NCBI GenBank assembly: GCA_034440375.1
Contig: JAWXBZ010000258.1
Coordinates: 1-16,400 of the forward strand
Length of the DNA stretch: 16,400 nucleotides
Origin: Candidatus Eiseniibacteriota bacterium
GTDB lineage: Bacteria > Eisenbacteria > RBG-16-71-46 > JABDJR01 > JAWXBZ01
Direction of reading: 5' to 3'
The notes under the pieces were generated by a model. The model did no database searches, was not told the DNA's origin, and saw only the letters and a list, made by a program, of their open reading frames with translations. Every line of letters starts with the position of its first letter. Position 1 is the first letter of the stretch. The position numbers and the translations under genes are program-made. This document shows positions 8,101 to 14,165 of this stretch, piece by piece.

Positions 8101-8543
8101 TTGGGCGTGCCGAACCAGAGATCACCGGCGTGATCCTCGAGAATGGCCTGAACGTTATCGCTTGGCAGATGCCCCGAGGCGACCGAAAAGATGCGGCGTT
8201 CCCTGGTCGCCTCGCGAAACTGAACTGCCCCTCCGCCCTGAATGCCAAACCAAAGAAATTGATCTTCTGTCTCCGTGATCGCCTGGACTACCGGGTTGGC
8301 GGTGCCCAGGTCCGGAGAAAGCCATCGAAAACCGTCGAAGCGGGAGGGCCCTCGCGGTGTACCAAACCAGAGGCTCCCCGTTCGATCTTCCAGGAGCGCC
8401 AGGACCTGTCCGTCGGCAAGGCCGTCGCGGGAGCCGCGATAGCTCTGCCATTCAGCCCGGAGTGGGGCGGCCGCGAACAGCGTCCATACCGCGGCCAGGG
8501 CGATCACTGCGGATCGCGGCTCACCTGTTCGGATGGGTTTCAT
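5181..8543 (-). CDS. Secreted two-component-regulator-type beta-propeller protein with Ig-like and ZU5-like domains and a FlgD-Ig/T9SS-like C-terminal domain
   Basis: The ORF is open from 8621. ATG 8543 gives a clean signal peptide (MKPIRTGEPRSAVIALAAVWTLFAAAPLRA|EW); ATGs at 8558 and 8582 are alternatives. About 15 Reg_prop repeats, a Y_Y_Y/Ig-like domain (GLADGRHLFEVEARD...DPTPA), a second Ig (WDTQKFPDGNYEMRLVVED) and a ZU5-like segment (GGDVYTTGGEVHLYFPPRAF). C-terminal domain IPRVFTPDGG...VRVFNRAGRMVREL...WDGRDDDGTVVTDGLYFVRV. No TM helix or kinase domain. Confidence 0.87.
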   Translation of the reverse strand: MKPIRTGEPRSAVIALAAVWTLFAAAPLRAEWQSYRGSRDGLADGQVLALLEDRTGSLWFGTPRGPSRFDGFRWLSPDLGTANPVVQAITETEDQFLWFGIQGGGAVQFREATRERRIFSVASGHLPSDNVQAILEDHAGDLWFGTPNGLVRREAAGGQWTTFQPESGGLVHPNAWRLLEDSQRFLWVATPEGVGRLAPDRLSWESFRADPDGLGRDSVLAMAEDLSGGIWFGTDQGAWRWRLVAGVPEWKHFQEADGLRNTTVLAIHVDEVGGVWFGGTRGIDHFDGRTWRTYSTTTDGLPLGRVFSLLVDRSRNLWVGTESNGLFRYDRVDIQGFIAPEGFSDCSPRPALGGRIQPILASNCVQGLVEDQFGEIWAATSDRGAARLDRSGRWTFLRRAAGRSLSDSLSSVFLDSGGRLWFGSGNVSGFGRYAGVSILESDRVTWTAWRGPGVLPDDNVLSLHEDRAGTAWVGTAAGVAARSGGTWRPFLSRSVVGYDVQVYAIQEDSTGGIWLRTSDGLFRMAPGASGPVALGPADGLWTTDVRALFPAPGGEVWIAAAGGFGVWRDGVVTRSPLTTEDAEAIYRTMSGDIWVGLSNGALRLPSSGAHELHAGDVLGSTPVTRIFGDRSGTVWVATFGGLARFNGVGWNRFTTSDGLVSDQISHFLEDVRGRLWFGSFSGISQYDPDETAPQTVFVSTPPAISATRNVRFVFAAGYGEVADVEYRSALDSQSSNWTPNVTTEFFGLADGRHLFEVEARDWSRNADPTPARLEFEVDATPPPAVISAPAFGQAVQGAQVVRGTASDPRFRHYRLELRPAEHSSWDGPSVTRLDEGSEPIELGPLADWDTQKFPDGNYEMRLVVEDTLGLTGIAQLSLVVDNEAPFANVTTPVRIAAFTGGDVYTTGGEVHLYFPPRAFSLDAVVTIQPAPESGGPAEGAAPVVAWDIDWGNPRLEKAGVVELSPGSPVTEPLTLHRSIDQGLSWSRLGGSPAGSGGSIVGIIDQPGRYALFPEGSPPDGGSEFSRPIVIPRVFTPDGGSPGQVAISFTLGRSAEATVRVFNRAGRMVRELAHQVPMTSGINLLRWDGRDDDGTVVTDGLYFVRVESGDESRTQTLVVRR
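6483..8424 (-). repeat. About 15 tandem Reg_prop beta-propeller blade repeats (protein level)
   Basis: Recurring L-x-x-x-x-V-x-x-I/L-x-ED-x-x-G-x-L/IW-F/V-G/AT-x-x-G units, e.g. LPSDNVQAILEDHAGDLWFGTPNGL, LPDDNVLSLHEDRAGTAWVGTAAGV, LVSDQISHFLEDVRGRLWFGSFSGI. Confidence 0.85.
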
Positions 8544-8955
8544 GCGAGTGTCGGGCATCCTGAAATACCCCGCCGGGTCCATTGATTCACTGCCGGCAAA
8601 GGCGGCTCCACCTGGGGGCAAGCGTGAAAATCCCCCCCATGTCAGGTCGCCTCGGCGCGGTTGGCTCTCATCTGCTTAGAAGGACCGACCCTGTCCCAGT
8701 TGGTTGACTCCGAATCAGACCGTGCCTGTCATTTATTCCTGCCCCATGCGGAGTGGCACGTCATCGTGAGGGGCGGGGCAGAACAACCCAAGGCGGCCGG
8801 CCGACTGCCAGGTGCGCATTTGACTCCATCTTCCATCAGGGTAGCGGCCCGAGGCGGGAGATGATTCGTTCCGGATCGAGCCGGATCATGCTACATCGCT
8901 GTGACGACGGCAAGACAAACTGGGCCACTGGAGTGACGCTTTCGCGGAGAACCGA

Positions 8956-9741
8956 TCAGCAGGCCCGGATCGGCTTCACTGCACCCACCTTCACCGACAC
9001 GACCGAGTCGAACGCCGCGCGCTCCGGGCTGTCGGCCGGTAACGAATCAACACCAACGTCGTAGCGACTCTCGTTGAGGACTTCGACCGAGGCCAGTCCA
9101 GCCTCCCGCATCATGCCAAGGTACTCCTCCTTCATCGAGGCGCCGGCAACGCAACCAATGTAGAGATCGACCGACTTCTGCATCTCCAAAGTCAGCGGTC
9201 GCGTCAGCACCAGGTCACTGACCAGCAGGCGACCGCCGGGCTTCAGCACCCGGAAGGCTTCGCGAAACACCTGCGGCTTGTCCGGCGACAGGTTGATGAC
9301 GCAATTCGAGATGATCAGATCCACGCTCGAGTCGGCCACCGGCAGATGCTCGATCTCCCCGAGACGGAATTCGATGTTGGCCTCGGCGACCTTCGTGGCG
9401 TTGGCGCGGGCTTTCGCCAGCATCGCCGGCGTCATGTCGACACCGATGACCCGGCCGGTCGGCCCTACCTCGCGCGCGGCCAGAAAACAGTCAATGCCCG
9501 CCCCCGAACCAAGGTCAAGGACCGTCTCGCCCGGTTTCACCTCCGCCAGGGCCAGAGGATTTCCGCATCCAAGCCCGAGGTTCGCGCCTTCGGGAATGGC
9601 CGAGGCCTGCTCGGCGGAATAGCCGATCTCGGTCAGCACGTCGGTGCCGCACGAGCCACCGCAGCAGCCGGTCCCCGAGGGGCGGCCCTCGGCGATGGCC
9701 CCGTACTTCTCGCGGACGACTTCACGAATGTCTTCGCTCAC
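8956..9741 (-). CDS. arsM: Arsenite S-adenosylmethionine methyltransferase
   Basis: 261 aa, GTG start overlapping the arsR stop (GTGA). Motifs: N-terminal [19 protein letters not shown] motif [43 protein letters not shown]. Confidence 0.93.
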   Translation of the reverse strand: MSEDIREVVREKYGAIAEGRPSGTGCCGGSCGTDVLTEIGYSAEQASAIPEGANLGLGCGNPLALAEVKPGETVLDLGSGAGIDCFLAAREVGPTGRVIGVDMTPAMLAKARANATKVAEANIEFRLGEIEHLPVADSSVDLIISNCVINLSPDKPQVFREAFRVLKPGGRLLVSDLVLTRPLTLEMQKSVDLYIGCVAGASMKEEYLGMMREAGLASVEVLNESRYDVGVDSLPADSPERAAFDSVVSVKVGAVKPIRAC

Positions 9742-10085
9742 TTTCCTTCTCCTTTCCGTGGCTCCACCAAGGAGCCCAGTTCCTCGAACAGCTCACGCAA
9801 TCTCCTGAGTCCAGACGCATCGACGCAATAACAGACGCGGGGGCCGTCAATTTCGCCCTGGATGAGTCCGGCCTCCTTCAGCACCTTGAGATGCTGTGAA
9901 ACGGTCGCCTGGGCGAGCGGCAATTCATCGACAATTGCACCGCAGACACACTCACCCCGGCGGATCAGCAGCCTCAGGATGGCCACCCGCGCGGGATGGC
10001 CGAGCGCCTTGGCCAGCCGGCCAAGTTCAATATCGCGGGGCCGCGCCGACTGGCGCGAGGCGGAGGATCGAGAGTCTGGTTTCAT
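9738..10085 (-). CDS. arsR: ArsR/SmtB-family metalloregulatory repressor
   Basis: 115 aa. [12 protein letters not shown], metal-site-like [27 protein letters not shown], wing GPRVCYC. Directly upstream of arsM. Confidence 0.92.
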   Translation of the reverse strand: MKPDSRSSASRQSARPRDIELGRLAKALGHPARVAILRLLIRRGECVCGAIVDELPLAQATVSQHLKVLKEAGLIQGEIDGPRVCYCVDASGLRRLRELFEELGSLVEPRKGEGK

Positions 10086-10087
10086 CG

Positions 10088-10125
10088 TTAATCGTCAATA
10101 TACGATAAACAAGATCCCTCATCAA
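10088..10125 (-). promoter_or_regulatory. Sigma70-type promoter of arsR-arsM overlapped by an inverted-repeat operator
   Basis: Minus strand reads TTGATG (10125-10120)-N17-TATATT (10102-10097). The inverted repeat ATCGT-caatat-ACGAT (10091-10106), extendable to TTAATCGT/ACGATAAA with one mismatch, covers the -10 box. Confidence 0.72.
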
Positions 10126-10152
10126 GCCAGAAGTGGCCGCGCCGGAAGAGGT

Positions 10153-10182
10153 GACTCGGAAAGCCGGATATCCGAACGAGTC
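10153..10182 (-). terminator. Possible stem-loop downstream of the small basic protein gene
   Basis: GACTCG...CGAGTC arms enclose the palindrome CGGATATCCG, 5 nt after the stop at 10188. Only a weak pyrimidine tail (ACCTCTTCC) follows, with no poly-U. Confidence 0.3.
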
Positions 10183-10187
10183 GAGCG

Positions 10188-10370
10188 CTAGTCTTGAGGA
10201 ATCGGCTGGGGGCCCGGGCGGATATGGGCGATATCAGGGTCCTCGCCGTTTTCGGGCCGCTCTACGGTTGTACTCTGGCGCAATGCCTTTTTTTCGGCCT
10301 TACGCACTTGCCGTGCCTTCGAAGCGAGTTCTTTCTGACGCTTGGCGAATGAGGTTTGTCGGTTTGCCAA
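10188..10370 (-). CDS. Small basic hypothetical protein (60 aa)
   Basis: TTG start with SD AAGGGGAG and a perfect TATAAT upstream. K/R-rich helix (SFAKRQKELASKARQVRKAEKKALR) then EDPDIAHIRPGPQP, a tail I recall from a family of small hypothetical proteins (unverified). Confidence 0.72.
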   Translation of the reverse strand: MANRQTSFAKRQKELASKARQVRKAEKKALRQSTTVERPENGEDPDIAHIRPGPQPIPQD

Positions 10371-10423
10371 AACAGTGATCTCCCCTTGGAAGCGGAAAAG
10401 GACGCTGGATCGTTGAGGGGACC

Positions 10424-10429
10424 ATTATA
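10424..10429 (-). promoter_or_regulatory. Putative -10 box (TATAAT) for the 60-aa gene
   Basis: Perfect TATAAT on the minus strand in GC-rich DNA, about 54 nt upstream of the TTG start. No convincing -35. Confidence 0.5.
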
Positions 10430-10741
10430 GGCCAGAACGGGTCAGGGCATGACACGCACCTTCGGGTCACAACGCCGGCCCGGCCAGGGGCCTGATAGAC
10501 TATGTCCTCAATGGCCAGTCCGGCCGGATTCCTGAGCCCAAATTGCGAGGTCGCCACCCACCCCCTGGAGATCAACAACCTGTGCCGCAACAGTTTGGCC
10601 TGCAGCCTCGTCGCCGCCATCATTCTGACGCTTCCCGCCCTCTCCCCCTGGATCAAGTTGCGGTAGGATTCCACCCCTCTTACCAAATGGGCCGCACGCG
10701 GCGCCCCTGACATTTCAGCCACGAAAGTGACGGATCCCGGC

Positions 10742-12307
10742 ATGGCAATCACGAGCAACTTCATGAAAATCCTTGGCCTCACCGATAAACATGCCGGCGG
10801 ATTTGCCGGTGAGTGGATCGGTTCAGGCCCGGTCCTTGCGGTCACCTCTCCGATCGACGGTTCAACCATCGGCTCGGTGACGCAGGTGACCGAAGCGGAA
10901 TATGACCAGATCGTGACCCGGGCCCATGCGGCATTTCTGGAGTGGCGCAAGCTGCCGGCGCCCCGGCGCGGGGAAATCGTCCGACGGCTCGGCAATCGCC
11001 TGCGCGATCTGAAGACTGAACTGGGGCAGCTCGTCACCCTTGAGATGGGCAAGGTCACCTCCGAGGGTGAGGGCGAAGTTCAGGAGATGATCGACATCTG
11101 CGATTTCGCCACCGGCCTGTCGCGCCAGCTCTACGGCCTCACGATGCACTCGGAGCGGCCGGACCACCGCATGTACGAGCAGTGGCATCCGCTCGGCGTT
11201 GTCGGCGTCATCAGCGCCTTCAACTTTCCGGTGGCGGTCTGGAGTTGGAACGCCGCCATCGCGGCCGTCTGCGGCGATTCAACCGTCTGGAAACCGGCCA
11301 GCAAGACACCCCTGACCGCCATCGCCTGTACGCGGATTGCGGAACAGGTATGCCGGGAGAGTGGCGTCGATCCGGCGGTTTTCTCGCTGACCATCGGCAA
11401 GGGTTCCACCGTGGGCGACCGGATGCTGCATGACCGTCGCGTGCCGCTGGTATCGGCCACCGGCAGCTGCAAGATGGGCGAGCGGGTTGCCCAGGTCGTC
11501 AATGGCCGTTTTGGCCGGACGATCCTCGAACTCGGCGGGAACAACGCCATCGTCGTGACCCCCAACGCCAACATGGATCTGGCCCTGCGGGCCATCCTGT
11601 TCGGCGCCGTGGGTACGGCCGGGCAGCGCTGCACCTCCACGCGCCGGATCATCGCCCACGAATCGATCAAGAAGGCGCTGGTTCAGCGACTTGTGAAAGC
11701 CTACGAAGGAATCCCGATCGGCGATCCGCGCAAGGCATCGACCCTGATGGGGCCGCTCGTCACCCACGAGGCTGTTTCCGATATGCAGAAGGCCATCGAG
11801 CGGCTGAAGGCCGAAGGCGGCACGGTGGTGTACGGCGGCGATGTTCTGAGCGGCGCCGATTTTCCCGGCGGGCATTACGTCAAGCCCTGTATCGCCCTGG
11901 CCCGGAACGAATACCAGATCGTCCAGGATGAAACCTTCGCGCCGATTCTGTACATCATCGGATATGGCTCGAAGAGTTCATCCCCGGCCGAAGCCATCAA
12001 GGAACTCGATGAGGCCCTGGCACTCCACAACGGGGTGCCGCAGGGCCTCTCGTCGTCCATCTTCACCGACAACATGCGCGAGGCCGAAATTTTTCTATCG
12101 TATCAAGGCTCCGACTGCGGCATCGCCAACGTCAACATCGGCACCAGTGGGGCGGAAATCGGCGGCGCCTTCGGGGGCGAAAAGGATACCGGTGGCGGCC
12201 GCGAATCGGGCTCCGACGCCTGGAAGGTGTACATGCGACGCCAGACCAACACCATCAACTGGAGCACCAGCCTGCCGCTGGCCCAGGGGGTCAAGTTCGG
12301 AGATTGA
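10742..12307 (+). CDS. amaB: Aldehyde dehydrogenase family 7 (antiquitin / L-piperideine-6-carboxylate dehydrogenase, AmaB/Pcd-like)
   Basis: ALDH7 signatures: EGEGEVQEMIDICDFATGLSRQLYG, EQWHPLGVVGVISAFNFPVAVWSWN, catalytic Glu in LELGGNNA, catalytic Cys in GTAGQRCTSTRR, VNIGTSGAEIGGAFGGEKDTGGGRESGSDAWK, LPLAQG. Start could be 10727, 10742 or 10763. Confidence 0.9.
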   Translation: MAITSNFMKILGLTDKHAGGFAGEWIGSGPVLAVTSPIDGSTIGSVTQVTEAEYDQIVTRAHAAFLEWRKLPAPRRGEIVRRLGNRLRDLKTELGQLVTLEMGKVTSEGEGEVQEMIDICDFATGLSRQLYGLTMHSERPDHRMYEQWHPLGVVGVISAFNFPVAVWSWNAAIAAVCGDSTVWKPASKTPLTAIACTRIAEQVCRESGVDPAVFSLTIGKGSTVGDRMLHDRRVPLVSATGSCKMGERVAQVVNGRFGRTILELGGNNAIVVTPNANMDLALRAILFGAVGTAGQRCTSTRRIIAHESIKKALVQRLVKAYEGIPIGDPRKASTLMGPLVTHEAVSDMQKAIERLKAEGGTVVYGGDVLSGADFPGGHYVKPCIALARNEYQIVQDETFAPILYIIGYGSKSSSPAEAIKELDEALALHNGVPQGLSSSIFTDNMREAEIFLSYQGSDCGIANVNIGTSGAEIGGAFGGEKDTGGGRESGSDAWKVYMRRQTNTINWSTSLPLAQGVKFGD

Positions 12308-12560
12308 GCGGGCGGCGGTGGCGAAGTTTCTCAATCTCCCGACGGAGCGGCTCCCAGTAGCTTCGATCCAGTTCGCGCTCGACATCTTCTTCAGCGCGCA
12401 GTTCAGAGCGCAGGGCGTCCATTTCGCCTGAAATGGCGTGCTTCAGCAGCTCTCGACGTGAAGCAAGTGATCGGACGCGCGACTCGTGCAAGCGTGCTGC
12501 CTCGATCAGGAGCTCTGGAGTACGCAGTTCAAGAAACCAGAGGCTAAATGTTGTCAACAA
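12291..12560 (-). pseudogene. Probable C-terminal relic of a larger conserved hypothetical (nucleotidyltransferase-like) protein
   Basis: WFLELRTPELLIE...EEDVERELDRSYWEPLRREIEKLR resembles, from memory, the C-terminus of a longer conserved hypothetical family. The frame is closed by TGA at 12563-12561, there is no obvious SD, only ~30 nt separate it from the moaD-like stop, and the 3' end overlaps the ALDH gene by 17 nt. Confidence 0.5.
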
Positions 12561-12593
12561 TCATGACTTCCGGCGAACTGGCCACGGTATGCC

Positions 12594-12890
12594 CTACCCC
12601 CCCGCAATCGCCCCCACCACCAGCAACGGTTCCGCGCCGGAAACGATGGGCTCCGGCAATGGCGCGTCCGGTGATTCGTGGGACCAGTCTTCCTGGCAGG
12701 CGAAGAAGCGCAGGAAGTCCCGGCGCTTCAGTGTGACATGGTCGCGAATCGTCCCACGCAGCACGGGATAGCGGGCCTCGAGCGTGTCGAGGACCGATCG
12801 GAGTGTGATCGGTGCCTCGACATCGAGTTCCACCTCGCCCTCGACGCGCGCCAGGGTCCGCAGGTGCGCGGGCAGTTCCACCCGGATCAT
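12594..12890 (-). CDS. MoaD/ThiS-family ubiquitin-like (beta-grasp) protein
   Basis: 98 aa. [28 protein letters not shown]-terminal AIAGG-stop. ATGA overlap with the upstream BNR gene. Confidence 0.9.
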   Translation of the reverse strand: MIRVELPAHLRTLARVEGEVELDVEAPITLRSVLDTLEARYPVLRGTIRDHVTLKRRDFLRFFACQEDWSHESPDAPLPEPIVSGAEPLLVVGAIAGG

Positions 12891-14002
12891 GCCAGCGTCT
12901 GGACCTCGACGGACAGCACCGCGGGGAGATCGCGCACGATGGCCGTCCAGTTATCGCCGGAGTCGGTGGATGCGTACACCTGACCGCCGGTGGTGCCGAA
13001 GTAAATGCCGCACGAATCGAGCTGGTCGACAGCCATGGCATCGCGCAGCACGTTCACGTAGCAATCGCTCTGCGGCAACCCCTTGGTGAGCGCTTCCCAT
13101 TCGTTGCCGCCGGTTCGGCTGCGGTAGACACGTAGCTTGCCCTCGGGCGGAAAGTGCTCCGAGTCGTTCTTGATCGGAACGACATAAATGGTTTCCGGCT
13201 CGTGGGCGTGCACATCAATTGGAAATCCGAAATCGGTCGGCAGGTTGCCGCTGACTTCGTGCCATGAATCGCCGGCGTCGTCGCTGCGCATGACGTCCCA
13301 GTGCTTCTGCATGAACAGCACGTTCGGCCGCGAGGGGTGCAAGGCGATGCGATGAACGCAGTGGCCGATTTCGGCGTCCGGGTCGGGAATGTACTGGGAC
13401 CTGAGCCCCTTGTTGATCGGCTTCCAGGTGGTGCCGCCGTCCTCGGTGCGGAAAGCGCCAGCGGCCGAGATGGCGATGAAGATCCGCTGGGGATTGGTCG
13501 GGTCGATCAGAATGGTGTGCAGCCCCAGGCCCCCGGCGCCCGGCGACCACTGCGGACCCGTATTGTGATTGCGCAGTCCCGACATTTCATGCCACGACGC
13601 GCCACCGTCGGTCGTGCGGAACATGGCCGCGTCCTCCACGCCGGCGTAGACCATGTCCGGATCGGTCAGCGACGGCTCCAGGTGCCATACCCGCTTGAAC
13701 TCCCATGGATGCTGCGTGCCGTCGAACCACTGGTGCGTGCCGGGAATGCCGTCATAAACGAATTTATTGTCGACCGGCTCCCAACTTTTGCCGCCGTCGT
13801 TGGAGCGCTGGATCATCTGCCCGAACCAACCGCTGCACTGGGAGGCGTACAGGCGATCCGGATCCACCGGTGAACCCTTGACGTGATACATCTCCCAGCC
13901 CGCGAACAGCGGGCCTTCGACCCCCCACTTCATGCGCATGGCATCCGATGTCAGGACAAACGCGCCCTTCTTGGTTCCGACGAGAACTCGAACGGTGCTC
14001 AC
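12887..14002 (-). CDS. Cytoplasmic BNR/Asp-box beta-propeller (sialidase-like, WD40/YVTN/BNR family)
   Basis: The true start is probably GTG 14002 ([26 protein letters not shown]), giving 371 aa. Six Asp-box-like motifs: [54 protein letters not shown]. No signal peptide. Confidence 0.9.
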   Translation of the reverse strand: MSTVRVLVGTKKGAFVLTSDAMRMKWGVEGPLFAGWEMYHVKGSPVDPDRLYASQCSGWFGQMIQRSNDGGKSWEPVDNKFVYDGIPGTHQWFDGTQHPWEFKRVWHLEPSLTDPDMVYAGVEDAAMFRTTDGGASWHEMSGLRNHNTGPQWSPGAGGLGLHTILIDPTNPQRIFIAISAAGAFRTEDGGTTWKPINKGLRSQYIPDPDAEIGHCVHRIALHPSRPNVLFMQKHWDVMRSDDAGDSWHEVSGNLPTDFGFPIDVHAHEPETIYVVPIKNDSEHFPPEGKLRVYRSRTGGNEWEALTKGLPQSDCYVNVLRDAMAVDQLDSCGIYFGTTGGQVYASTDSGDNWTAIVRDLPAVLSVEVQTLA

Positions 14003-14145
14003 GATGACTCCTTCCTGATCCGCGCGGTGGTCGCGCGCCGCCTGACCCGGGAACTTCCGATGGGCGCGGATCCTACCAGCGGTCCACTCGCCGATGCTAT
14101 TATCCCTGACCTTGGAAACGCCGGTGGCGGCCCAATTTTTACACC

Positions 14146-14154
14146 TGTTACAAT
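14146..14154 (+). promoter_or_regulatory. Extended -10 promoter element for the kinase gene
   Basis: TG-t-TACAAT in an AT-rich patch, 11 nt before ATG 14166. No SD between them. Confidence 0.55.
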
Positions 14155-14165
14155 CGGATCTCCCC

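Noticed and set aside
6489-8585. Plus-strand ORFs 6489..7235 and 7446..8585
   Set aside because: Antisense to the Reg_prop gene; no independent coding evidence.
8754-8769. TGGCACG as a sigma54 -24 element
   Set aside because: No TTGC -12 element at the required spacing, and no plus-strand gene follows.
10300-11058. 252-aa minus-strand ORF
   Set aside because: Overlaps the ALDH gene antisense and the 60-aa gene; no motifs.
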